Source of the DNA: an uncultured Candidatus Bathyarchaeia archaeon
GTDB taxonomy: Archaea; Thermoproteota; Bathyarchaeia; Bathyarchaeales; Bathycorpusculaceae
DNA length: 48,396 bases
Assembly: GCA_964587975.1 (NCBI GenBank)
Contig: CAZPND010000001.1
Location: forward strand, 1 to 48,396
Direction of reading: 5' to 3'
Part shown: positions 9,580 through 18,432 of the stretch, in pieces
Layout: each line of letters begins with the position of its first letter
Numbering within the stretch: position 1 is the first letter of the stretch
Made by a program: the position numbers and the translations under genes
Notes under the pieces: generated by a model
What the model saw: only the letters and a program-made list of their open reading frames with translations
The model's database searches: none
What the model was told of the DNA's origin: nothing

Positions 9580-9904
9580 GGTTTCACCTCTGTTTGCGCG
9601 CCTTTGGGCTTAGGAAGAAACGCGAGGCTCAGGGACCAGAAGGACACAATCCACATGAAATTTAAGAAAGGATACGCTATGGCGTAGAAAATGCTGAACG
9701 GCTCTCCGAAGAAGATGTTGCAGGCGATGGCGAATTGGTTTAGGACAAAGCTCCAGAAGAGACCGATGATGTTGCCTAGGGTTAGGATGCCTATTTTTTG
9801 TTGCGTGTCCCGTTTAAGTGGATGGTAAGGGAGAGGAAAAGCAGGTTGAAGACCAAGAGCGTAATGGTGGCTTCTATGGTGATGAAACGGAAGGCTATGA
9901 TCAC
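9576..9904 (-). pseudogene. small polytopic membrane protein, apparently frameshifted in an A6 run
   Basis: From GTG 9904 one frame gives a TM helix (VIIAFRFITIEATITLLVFNLLFLSLTIHLNGTRNKK) and hits TAG at 9791-9793. The ORF-track frame is only hydrophobic after that point (IGILTLGNIIGLFWSF...). The two frames join if the run at 9794-9799 had one more A. Confidence 0.4.
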
Positions 9905-10085
9905 GCACAGCGCGATTGCTTCAAGGAACAGCCTAGAACTAGGCGGCTGCTTTCCAATTTCATTTGCTCGCTTCCCTTCCTCGTCCAGAGCGCGGCTCTG
10001 CGGAGAATACCATATAAAGTTAAATTTCAGTTTTAAAACTTACGGTATCCAGTTATTGCATTTTCAAGGAAATTAAAAGAGTTCG

Positions 10086-10709
10086 CTAGCAACCCTCACT
10101 TTTAAGGACAACATTGTCCATTACCATGCAGAGAACTTGAAAAACATCTCCAGCGTTCAAGTTATCAGTATCCAAAACAAGATTGAACGGCTCGAAGTTT
10201 TCGCCTAACGTAAAACCGTAAAGCTTCTTGTAAATGGTCTTTGTTCCCGCTTCTTTTTCTTTCAAAACCCGGAAGGCTTCCTTCACGGGAATTCTGTCTC
10301 GCCTGGCAATTCGCTCTGCACGTTTCTCTATCGAAGCAACCAACCATATCTTGAAGCCTGTTTTAAGCAGCCAAGGCATAGTCCAACTGTCTAAAAGAAC
10401 ACGCCCTTCCTCCGCGTATTCAAGGAGTTTGTCGTCAACCTTCTTGTCAAAGTTAAGCTGTTTTTCTCTTTTCTTTAGAAAACGGAGTCCTTCTGGGCTT
10501 TCCCACCATCCGCGGCTGGATGAATCGTAGCCTTCTTCGGCTGCCAGAGCCTTGAGCGCGTCTCCGCCTGAATAATACCTCAGCCGGTATTTTTTGGCGA
10601 GTTTCTTGGCTAATGTGCTTTTTCCGGTTCCAGCCATTCCAGATATGCAGACTACAATTTTTTTCTTCGGAGCGCTTTTCACCTTTTCGTTTTTGGTCAT
10701 AGCGCTCAA
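10086..10709 (-). CDS. cmk: cytidylate kinase, archaeal type
   Basis: P-loop VVCISGMAGTGKSTLAKKLAKKY and the length fit the archaeal putative CMP kinase family. It lies directly downstream of a DUF106 gene, as in the conserved archaeal secY-adk-DUF106-cmk neighbourhood. Confidence 0.85.
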   Translation of the reverse strand: MSAMTKNEKVKSAPKKKIVVCISGMAGTGKSTLAKKLAKKYRLRYYSGGDALKALAAEEGYDSSSRGWWESPEGLRFLKKREKQLNFDKKVDDKLLEYAEEGRVLLDSWTMPWLLKTGFKIWLVASIEKRAERIARRDRIPVKEAFRVLKEKEAGTKTIYKKLYGFTLGENFEPFNLVLDTDNLNAGDVFQVLCMVMDNVVLKSEGC

Positions 10710-10718
10710 CCAGCGTTT

Positions 10719-11219
10719 TTACGCTATAGGTGTTACACCTATTATGCGTGAGGCGAGGGTTCCAAAGAAGAATGAGCAGAGCATGTACCAATATATCACA
10801 GGTAAACCATTTGCGATGGCAGTCAAGTTAAGCGCGAGCCCAGGGACAATCGCTACGGCGTCTCCTCCGAAGGTTGGGATTAGGAAGAACCACCAGATCA
10901 CTATGTAGCTCATGGAGATCGGGAACAGTATCATCTGGGGCTTCATCATCTTGTTTTGCATGTTTCTCATCTGTGATTCTTTCCTTTTCAGTTTCTCGAC
11001 GCGTTTTGTGTCGTTGGCGCGCATGGCTTTCATCAGCTGAGACTGGTATTCAGACGTTTCCTTTCGCATCACTTTGTATTCTTCCCATCCGCACATGCGA
11101 GTGATCAAAAGGCGGTTTATTCCCATGTTTAGAAATGAAACAGCAACCGCGACAGACATTATAACTAATGTCGCTAATGGAATGTCTGTGATGAGCATTA
11201 TTTTTGTTTCTCCTTGCAC
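10719..11219 (-). CDS. DUF106 (EMC3/TMCO1/YidC-like) membrane protein
   Basis: 166 aa. TM, then a coiled basic segment (KVMRKETSEYQSQLMKAMRANDTKRVEKLKRKESQMRNMQNKMMKPQ), then TM helices, the typical DUF106 layout. Synteny with cmk. Confidence 0.7.
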   Translation of the reverse strand: MQGETKIMLITDIPLATLVIMSVAVAVSFLNMGINRLLITRMCGWEEYKVMRKETSEYQSQLMKAMRANDTKRVEKLKRKESQMRNMQNKMMKPQMILFPISMSYIVIWWFFLIPTFGGDAVAIVPGLALNLTAIANGLPVIYWYMLCSFFFGTLASRIIGVTPIA

Positions 11220-11320
11220 TGCCTATTTGTTTTCTTGTTAATAACCATTTTCGCTATTTTAGCGAATGTTAAGTCATTAAGGAGATCCGTTTCAACTTAT
11301 TTAAGTTGGAAGGTTGGGAG

Positions 11321-11428
11321 TTAATCTTCTAAATTTGACAAAACTTCGATGATTTTAGCCAGCTGTTCCACTAAGGCAGCATCAAATTTTTGGTCATTTT
11401 CTAGGTTTGCAAGCGGAGGATTTCCCAT
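11321..11428 (-). CDS. 35-aa ORF homologous to the C-terminus of the 8023-8274 product (possible gene remnant)
   Basis: MGNPPLANLENDQKFDAALVEQLAKIIEVLSNLED versus DLPIVNMEEEQKFDSSLVQTMAKVISFLPSLEI: about 15/33 identities by eye, and both end at the stop codon. Upstream frames are interrupted by stops. Confidence 0.3.
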   Translation of the reverse strand: MGNPPLANLENDQKFDAALVEQLAKIIEVLSNLED

Positions 11429-11697
11429 ACTGAATTCAATATCTTATTACGGTTATAGCCGTTCTTGTTGTTCACTCTTCGAACTTCGAAGTGGCAGGGT
11501 GGGGCGTCCCGAACAATTTAGCATTTCCGTTTAATTTTTCGGCTGTTTCTGGATTGGAATTGCCGTTTTTGATGCATTATCCAATAAAATTTCCTTTCAG
11601 AGCCGTATAAACTCGCGTAAGCAAGTGGTCAAGGCGACTCGGCTGTTAGCAAAACATTTTTACTCAGAGTAACATTTCTGTTTATTGTGTTTCATAA

Positions 11698-12426
11698 ATG
11701 AGCCCAGTTTTAAATTTGAAAGAGATAATTGTCGAAGCGTTAACTGCTTTAGGCGGCTCTGGCTCCGTTTCTGAGGTAAAGCATTATCTTAAGTTGAAGT
11801 ATGGAAGGGAATGGAAGCACATTGAAACCGTCATGGCGGATCTCTCTGTAGAAAGCCAGTCATCTTTTTTCCTTCCAGAAGACAGAGTGCTGAGGAGAAT
11901 TGGACAGGGCAAGTACGCCTTGAAAACCCAAGGAGTTTCTGAGCCGCAAGAGGCAAAAGCGGACAGTTCAAGCACGGTGGCTTCAGACCTTGTTGGAGAA
12001 AGGAAGGTTTTCAGTTTTAAAGATGCGGAAGCGATACTGCAGAGGAAGGGGCAGCTTTCAACTATTCTAGAGGCTGCTTCCTTGACAGACTTGTCGTCAA
12101 AGGAAGATCATAAGCGGGTGCAGCATTTTCTGCATAAGAATCGGTGGGACATTGAAGTGTCGTTGTTTCCAGTGATAACCTACAAGCTTGACGCTTTCAA
12201 GGAGAAAACAGGGATCGAAATTGAACGGTCGTTAATTGATGCGGTTCACAGGTCGCTGTTCAGGTGCCTTTGGGCTCACGCTAAAAACCAGTTGGATGTG
12301 CTTGTTTTTATCGTTCCCACTTACAAGGAACCGAAGTTTGAGCAGGTGAAGCGGGACATACAGAAATTCGGGGAGATCATACCATACCCTGTTTACATTG
12401 TAGGCGCGACTCAGGCTCAGCCGTAA
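11698..12426 (+). CDS. hypothetical protein: N-terminal winged-helix (Mrr_N-like) plus possible BamHI/BglII-like nuclease core
   Basis: N-terminus IIVEALTALGGSGSVSEVKHYLKLKYG resembles restriction-system wHTH domains. C-terminus KLDAFKEKTGIEIERS gives a D-x(n)-E-x-E pattern. The functional call is weak. Confidence 0.45.
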   Translation: MSPVLNLKEIIVEALTALGGSGSVSEVKHYLKLKYGREWKHIETVMADLSVESQSSFFLPEDRVLRRIGQGKYALKTQGVSEPQEAKADSSSTVASDLVGERKVFSFKDAEAILQRKGQLSTILEAASLTDLSSKEDHKRVQHFLHKNRWDIEVSLFPVITYKLDAFKEKTGIEIERSLIDAVHRSLFRCLWAHAKNQLDVLVFIVPTYKEPKFEQVKRDIQKFGEIIPYPVYIVGATQAQP

Positions 12427-12900
12427 TCAAGTTCATATGTGGAGCGTTCGTAGGAAGTAGAGTGAGCGCTTTGAGTGAATCGTGTTTTTTGAAAGAAAAG
12501 AGGAGAGGGAAAGAGTGTACTTTGAAATTTGATGTGTATACTGGACATAACGTGTTGATAGCAAGGCACTCATTGCTATTTGCGTGAATTTGAACCCGTG
12601 TCGCTTAGCTTCGTTTTTAAGTAATTCCGTGTTGTTGAAGCTTTGCCATTGTTCGGGATAGATTTGACTCTTTCCCTCATCTAGTAATAGGATGCGAAAA
12701 TATTTAAGAATTATGCAGTCTGGGTACAGGCGTTTCGTTTTTTCGTGCGGTGCTGACTGTGCTGGGGAAGGTCTTCACGGATGTTTGAAGTGAAAGATAC
12801 TGCATGAGGTAGGGAATTATTACTAACATCGCATGTGCCGTAGAGAGAAAAATGAAAAATAGCAGTAGTGACATAGTTACTGTTTTGGGAGGATAAGATT

Positions 12901-13062
12901 GTGGTGGAGTATGTTAAGGGACCAGCACCTGACAGATGGCATTGGTGCAAGAACTGCACGCAGTATCCACTGAAAGTCTACGAGAGACGTTCGGGTAGAC
13001 CGAGTCATGACCTTTGTGACCAGTGCAAAGCAAAAGAAGCCAGAAAAGAGTGCACGATTTAA
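12901..13062 (+). CDS. small zinc-ribbon-like protein (53 aa)
   Basis: Not in the ORF track because it is under 60 aa. GGGAGGA at 12887-12893, then GTG at 12901. Product ...DRWHWCKNCTQYP...DLCDQCKAKE has two CxxC pairs. Confidence 0.4.
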   Translation: MVEYVKGPAPDRWHWCKNCTQYPLKVYERRSGRPSHDLCDQCKAKEARKECTI

Positions 13063-13140
13063 AGGCGCCGAAGCCCAGGCCTGTTATTTAGCGGCTGGAA
13101 GCCTTTGAGCCACTGTTGCAGGGGCGCCACAAGAAGGAAT

Positions 13141-13392
13141 TTATAGGGTGTTCCTTCTTTGCCGGAGTATTCTTAACGGTGTAGGTAGCCTTGATTTTAA
13201 AAGTTCGGCGATGCCCGCGGAAATCAACGCTATCACAAGCCAGAGTATTATGGTTTGGGCGTCGCCTTGTTCGAAGATTGCGTTGTAAATCGTTATGACT
13301 ATTACGATGTCGGAAAAGTAGTGTATGATTGCAGCGGATTCTCTTATGAACCCAGCCAGTTCGCGCATTGCATCTGAGGCGGACGTTGCCAT
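13141..13392 (-). CDS. small membrane protein, unknown function
   Basis: 83 aa with two hydrophobic helices (DIVIVITIYNAIF, TIILWLVIALISAGIAELL). No motif recognised. Confidence 0.35.
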   Translation of the reverse strand: MATSASDAMRELAGFIRESAAIIHYFSDIVIVITIYNAIFEQGDAQTIILWLVIALISAGIAELLKSRLPTPLRILRQRRNTL

Positions 13393-13482
13393 CTAAATCA
13401 AATCTCTATTTCTATTTGGTAGGATTTAAATAAGCAATTTTCCTGCAAAAAAGGTTTGGTTAAGGGTGCCCGCGAATCTTTT

Positions 13483-13932
13483 TTACGGTTCAGGGTTTTT
13501 TCGCTTACTCTCCACTAATCCGGAGCTGTCTTGGTATCGGCCGTTGTAGGGGTTGCTGGAAGGTTCCCCTGTCCTGTGGAAGACCACTTGGATTACGGGT
13601 TCGTTTTTGCCTATGCGCACGGTTGATTCGCCTGTGTTGAACAGGGACAGGGTTAGTTTTCCTCTGAATCCCGGGTCAATGACTGCGAAGCCGCCGATTA
13701 ATGCTTCTCGGCACAGGGAGGATTTAAGATAGATTGTTCCCAAAACGTCCGCGGGTACCTCAAGATGTTCGGCTGTGACTATCAACGTTTGCTGCTTAGG
13801 AGGTAAATCGCATGCGGCTCCAGCTGAGAAATCGTATCCTGCGGGGGTTAGCCTGTCTTTTGAGAATGGGTCTATAACCATTTGTTTATTGCTGATTAGG
13901 AAAAGAAGCTCGATGTCAGATAGTATGGTCAT
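13483..13932 (-). CDS. dCTP deaminase / dUTPase family protein
   Basis: LTPAGYDFSAG and VIDPGFRGKLTLSLFNTG are the signature strands of the Dcd/Dut trimeric fold. The short length (149 aa) fits an archaeal dUTPase-like enzyme. Confidence 0.8.
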   Translation of the reverse strand: MTILSDIELLFLISNKQMVIDPFSKDRLTPAGYDFSAGAACDLPPKQQTLIVTAEHLEVPADVLGTIYLKSSLCREALIGGFAVIDPGFRGKLTLSLFNTGESTVRIGKNEPVIQVVFHRTGEPSSNPYNGRYQDSSGLVESKRKNPEP

Positions 13933-14028
13933 TCAAATTCACCATTTACGCTAAATCCCATGTGCAAACTTGCTTTTGTTCTCTTTTTACTCTTGGGGTG
14001 CCAAAGGCTAATTACTTTTTCCGTAGCA

Positions 14029-15456
14029 TCACCTTTTACGTTTCCTAAAGTAGACTATGAAACCCACGCTCACAACAGCCACCAACGCTATAGGCGCAAC
14101 AACCCAAGTCGCAGGGAAAGGAACTTCCACGGTGAAGCTGACTGTTTCTGAGGCGCCCTCGTTGCCAAACATGTCTTTCGCGTAGACTGTGACGTTGTGC
14201 ACGCCGTTAGCTAACCCGCCTATGGTGGTGTTGCCCGCCACGGTCACGGTTTCCCCTCCGTCAAGGCTGTAGCCCGTCCAGTTAACCGGCTTATCCACAG
14301 CATAACTTAAAAGAACAGTGGAGTTATTGTACGTCTCGTTTGCCAGTGACAGAACACTAATTTTTGGCGGAGTGTTCTCCAGCACATAAGCCGGGTCGGG
14401 CGTACCATACCCAACAGGCGTATACCTTTCGTTTACTGCACTAGGTCCAAAAGTACCCACAAACCAGCTAGTGGCGATGCCTCCACCAACAACGTATACT
14501 ATATCATTCACCACCGCTGCACCAAAATTAATGCGGTCTGTAGGCACATTAACGCCAAACGTCCAACTATCATCTTGGGGACTATAAATTCGATTAGAGC
14601 CCTTCGGTTCATCCTGCTTAAGATTTCCCTGCTGGCCCAAAACGTAAATTCTCCTGAGAGCAAGCTCGCCAGTGGTTGCCGTTGCAGCCCCTTGACCAAC
14701 CGCGTTGCCAACGCTGTTAGGCGGAGATGAAGCATAAGTCCAATTGTCGGTGGAGGGGTCGTAGATCTGATGCAGTTGCGAATCGCAACTAGGTGAGAGC
14801 CCACCTATGAAGTGGATTTTGCCGTTGACTACTGCTGAGACGTGCCCTGCTGCACTCGGCGTCGGCGCTGTCGATTTTGTGCTCCAGGAATCCGCCGCTA
14901 TGTCGTACACGTAAACCTTGCCGCCCCAGTCTATCAAGTAGATTTTTCCGTTTATTGCGTTTGCCGGTATCAGCCATGTTGCCGTAGGCATTAGCGATTT
15001 GGTTTCCCACATGTCTGTTGCTAAGTCATAGACCTCATTCACTGCAGTGAGGGTTGGACCAGTGTAGATGTCATGGTTTGTAGCGCCGCCTATGCAGTAT
15101 ATTTTGTTTTCATAAGAGGCTATGGCAAAACCTGTCCTTGGGGTTAGCATTGGCGTTTTGAAAGTCCATGTGTTCGTTGCTGGGTCGTATTCTTCGTTGG
15201 TGCCAACTACTCCACCCGCCGTTGCTCCTGAAAACCCCATCGAGTAAGTCCAAGGTCCGCTCAGCGTGTCCCCGCCGATGGCGTATATTTTACCGTTCAC
15301 CGCTGTAACACCCAAGTTTTCCCTCGCTTTATGCATCGGGGCTGCAGAAACCCATGTGTTTTCGGCCGCATCAGCTGAGGAAAACGCTGGTTCAGCCATG
15401 ATTACGCATGACGCAGTCAAGAAGAAGGCAAGCAGCAACGCGAGGTTTTTTTTCAT
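14029..15456 (-). CDS. secreted Kelch-repeat protein with Ig-like C-terminal domain and TM anchor
   Basis: Signal peptide MKKNLALLLAFFLTASCVIMA (start taken at 15456). Kelch blades NGKIYAIGG, ENKIYCIGG, NGKIYLIDW, NGKIHFIGG, NDIVYVVGG. C-terminal WVVAPIALVAVVSVGFIVYFRKRKR anchor. Confidence 0.8.
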   Translation of the reverse strand: MKKNLALLLAFFLTASCVIMAEPAFSSADAAENTWVSAAPMHKARENLGVTAVNGKIYAIGGDTLSGPWTYSMGFSGATAGGVVGTNEEYDPATNTWTFKTPMLTPRTGFAIASYENKIYCIGGATNHDIYTGPTLTAVNEVYDLATDMWETKSLMPTATWLIPANAINGKIYLIDWGGKVYVYDIAADSWSTKSTAPTPSAAGHVSAVVNGKIHFIGGLSPSCDSQLHQIYDPSTDNWTYASSPPNSVGNAVGQGAATATTGELALRRIYVLGQQGNLKQDEPKGSNRIYSPQDDSWTFGVNVPTDRINFGAAVVNDIVYVVGGGIATSWFVGTFGPSAVNERYTPVGYGTPDPAYVLENTPPKISVLSLANETYNNSTVLLSYAVDKPVNWTGYSLDGGETVTVAGNTTIGGLANGVHNVTVYAKDMFGNEGASETVSFTVEVPFPATWVVAPIALVAVVSVGFIVYFRKRKR

Positions 15457-15720
15457 GCACATCCCTGATGTTATGCTAGGATGTTTCCGCAATTAAAGTG
15501 TTCTTGTCAAGATTTCTTGACCAACCGCCAGTTTCTTAGTCAAATTTTCTTGACCAGACCAGCATATTTGCCGCCTATTAGGATCCTAATAGCCAATCGT
15601 TGCAGAAACCTATAGAGGGGTAGGTCCTTATTGGGCGTTTTCTGCGCCAATAGCATGCGGAAAACGGCGCACGCACCTGCTTTAAATAAGGGGGGTATAG
15701 ACAAAAATTTGCACGTCAGT

Positions 15721-17613
15721 TCAGCGTTTCGTTATTTCGTAAAGTTTCTTGCCGTCCTTGCCCTTCTTCGGAATCGTCATCATGAACCTAACACCTTCAC
15801 CCTGCTTCCCGTTTTCCTGAATCGTCCACCCATACGCCGCACAAATCCTCTTAATCAAATACAACCCGTAACCAGTACCCTTCCCGAAACCCTCCCGAAA
15901 CAGGTTCTCCCGCACATCATCCGCCACGCCAACCCCATCATCCTCATAAACCAGCCGCAACACATCGCCTTCCTCACGGAAAAACACGCGAATCACGCTG
16001 ACTTTCTCACCGTACTTCAACGTGTTATCAACCAAATTATAAAACATCTGCCGCAACAAGGAATCCGCCATCACCGTCAAACCCCCACACTCATTAACCA
16101 ACCGCGCACTCCGCAAATCCGAAAAAAGCAAAACCGCCTCACCCACACACCGCTCAACATCAACCCCCTTCAACTCCTCAGAACCCACCTGCACATACAC
16201 CTTCTCAAACTCCATAATCCTCAACATCTGCCGAGAAACCAACTCAATCTCCCCCAATTGCGCCAAAGCACCCGCATCACCCGCACACCGCTTCTTAAGA
16301 AGAAAAGCCCGTCCATTCAACGCCGCCAACTTATTCCGCAAATCATGTCTAGTCAAACTCTCAACCACATGCAACTTCTCATTAAGCTTAGTCACTTTCG
16401 CAACCGCCTCATCAAAAACCCCCAACATCCACTTCTGCTCACTAATATCTGTCGAAACACCCACCGCACCAACAACCCCCACATCCTCACCAAAAATCGG
16501 CGAACCCGTCAAAATAGCCGGAAAAACCTCCCCATCAGAACGCCGAACATAAAACTCACCCGACCAAACCTCACCCGCAAAAACCCTCTCAAAAACCTCA
16601 CACGCCTCAGCCCTACGAGACTCAACAACAACCAAATCAACCATGCTACGACCCAAAACCTCAGCCTCACTCCAACCATACAACCGCTCCGCGGCACGAT
16701 TCCAATACATAACCTTTCCCTCACCATCCACAGCCACAACCGCCTGCCCCAACGAATCCAACAAACGCGACTGAAAACCCACCCTCTCAGAAAGCCTCAC
16801 ACTCTCCGAAACATCACGAGAAGAAAACACCCCACCAACAACCCCGTCATCACCACCCTTCAAAACCTTCCCAAAAACCTCACAAACCCTATAACCACCA
16901 TCCGCGCACCTAACACGAACCACCATCCGCTCACCATCAGAACCACCCGCAAACGCCTTCTCAACCGCCTCAACCGCTCTCCCCACATCACCCGGATGAA
17001 CAAAATCATAAACACACTTCCCCACCATCTCACCAGGCTCAAACCTTAAAATCCACCTGTGCGAATCACTCGCATAAGTACAAACCAAATCCGCATCCAC
17101 CAACAAAAGCATATCCTGCATATTCTCAGTAATCAAACGAAGACGACCCTCAGCCTCACGCAAACGCCGCTCCGCCCTCCACCCCCGCACCGCCTCACAA
17201 ATACTATGCCTCAACTCACCATAAGTCACCTCAGCATCACCCTCCTTCTCCACATAACGATACACCCCAGAATTCAAAGCCTCAACAACAATCTCCGCCT
17301 TCCCCTTACAAGTAAACAAAATAAACGGAACATCCTTCCCCAACCGCCGCAACTCCCTCAAAAACTCCAACCCATTCAACCCCGACATCTGATAATCAGA
17401 AACCACAACGTCATAATCCACACCCCTCAACCTCTCAAGACCCTCCTCAGCCGACAACGCCGTATCAACCCGCAACGACCCCTCAGCCTCCAAACACTCC
17501 TTCGCCACACCCAAAAAACCCGCATCATCGTCCACATGCAAAACCCTAATAGGCTTATCCAAACAAACATCAACACACACATCCACCGCCGAATCAACTC
17601 CGACTTCACTCAT
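15721..17613 (-). CDS. hybrid sensor: receiver (REC) + 2 PAS + histidine kinase
   Basis: REC: IRVLHVDDDAGFL...VVVSDYQMSGLNGLEFL. PAS: LLDSLGQAVVAVDGEGKVMYWNRAAERLYGW. H-box region LTRHDLRNKLAAL. HATPase: NLVDNTLKYGE, YEDDGVGV, GTGYGLYLIKRI. Start set at ATG 17613 to leave room for divergent promoters. Confidence 0.85.
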   Translation of the reverse strand: MSEVGVDSAVDVCVDVCLDKPIRVLHVDDDAGFLGVAKECLEAEGSLRVDTALSAEEGLERLRGVDYDVVVSDYQMSGLNGLEFLRELRRLGKDVPFILFTCKGKAEIVVEALNSGVYRYVEKEGDAEVTYGELRHSICEAVRGWRAERRLREAEGRLRLITENMQDMLLLVDADLVCTYASDSHRWILRFEPGEMVGKCVYDFVHPGDVGRAVEAVEKAFAGGSDGERMVVRVRCADGGYRVCEVFGKVLKGGDDGVVGGVFSSRDVSESVRLSERVGFQSRLLDSLGQAVVAVDGEGKVMYWNRAAERLYGWSEAEVLGRSMVDLVVVESRRAEACEVFERVFAGEVWSGEFYVRRSDGEVFPAILTGSPIFGEDVGVVGAVGVSTDISEQKWMLGVFDEAVAKVTKLNEKLHVVESLTRHDLRNKLAALNGRAFLLKKRCAGDAGALAQLGEIELVSRQMLRIMEFEKVYVQVGSEELKGVDVERCVGEAVLLFSDLRSARLVNECGGLTVMADSLLRQMFYNLVDNTLKYGEKVSVIRVFFREEGDVLRLVYEDDGVGVADDVRENLFREGFGKGTGYGLYLIKRICAAYGWTIQENGKQGEGVRFMMTIPKKGKDGKKLYEITKR

Positions 17614-17751
17614 CCTGACCACACGCCTCCGTAACTGCACAACCACAACATGTTCACAGAAAAGATTAAATTAATTATGAATCAACCATATGAATTCCAA
17701 CGCACAACAGTGCTCAAACAAACCACAAAAACCAAACACGGTGAAACCACA

Positions 17752-18294
17752 ATGAACGAAACAAAACGCCGTATTCTCTCCTACGAGTTAGCAGGAACCA
17801 TCTTCATAATCACCCTCGGCACCATCCTGCACTTCACCTTCGAATGGTCCGGCAACCAACCCATCGTCGGCATATTCTCAGCGGTCAACGAAAGCGTATG
17901 GGAACACCTCAAACTAGGATTCTGGCCAGCCACAACATTCGCACTCATAGAATACCGCTACCTTAAGTCAAACAGCAACTTCCTAACCGCAAAAACCACA
18001 GGAATCTACCTAATCCCCATCACAATCACCGCAGTATTCTATTCGTACACAGCCATCCTGCACGAAACCATACTAGCCATAGACATACTAACATTCATCA
18101 TAGCCGTCATCGCCAGCCAACTAGCAAGCTACAAACTACTAACTTGGAAAACGCTGCCACCCAACCTAAACAAAATCGCGTTAACCGCTTTAATCCTGCT
18201 AGGTCTCGCATTCGTGCTTTTCACCTTCTACCCACCCCACATAGGACCATTTCAAGACCCCATAACCGACGCTTACGGAATCCCCAGCCAATAA
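17752..18294 (+). CDS. DUF6512-like integral membrane protein
   Basis: LHFTFEWSGNQPIVGIFSAVNESVWEHLKLGFWP matches my recollection of the DUF6512 signature (HF.YEWSG...NES.WEH.KL). About 5 TM helices. Start at ATG 17752. Confidence 0.55.
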   Translation: MNETKRRILSYELAGTIFIITLGTILHFTFEWSGNQPIVGIFSAVNESVWEHLKLGFWPATTFALIEYRYLKSNSNFLTAKTTGIYLIPITITAVFYSYTAILHETILAIDILTFIIAVIASQLASYKLLTWKTLPPNLNKIALTALILLGLAFVLFTFYPPHIGPFQDPITDAYGIPSQ

Positions 18295-18432
18295 CCAGAC
18301 GTATATGCGGTGTGCAGAAACCCTCTGCTGGGCGAACACGCTGAATCAATAGAAAGAAAAAGAAGCCTGCAAGAACTCGTCAACAAACGCGCAAAACGCA
18401 CGCAAGAAATCAGCTTAAAAAAATAAAATGAA

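Noticed and set aside
11349-11534. 61-aa plus-strand ORF
   Set aside because: The opposite strand carries the fragment homologous to the 8023-8274 product. The plus-strand translation has no features.
12711-12959. 82-aa minus-strand ORF in the 12.4-13.1 kb gap
   Set aside because: It has no start context or motif, a Ser/Thr/His-rich odd composition, and overlaps the better-supported plus-strand Zn-ribbon ORF, which has an SD and CxxC pairs.
13483-13932. dCTP-deaminase-family gene as a nucleotide-depletion defence gene
   Set aside because: It is only 149 aa with no extra sensor or kinase-like domain, has a housekeeping-like context, and is not in the integrated island. It fits an ordinary archaeal Dcd/Dut enzyme.
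15631-17634. Very long plus-strand ORFs (472 aa and 191 aa) antisense to the histidine kinase
   Set aside because: Their products are low-complexity (P/T/N/H/R/Q/L-rich). The plus strand here is so poor in T and G that stop codons are rare. The minus-strand frame carries complete REC/PAS/HATPase motifs, so these are shadow ORFs.
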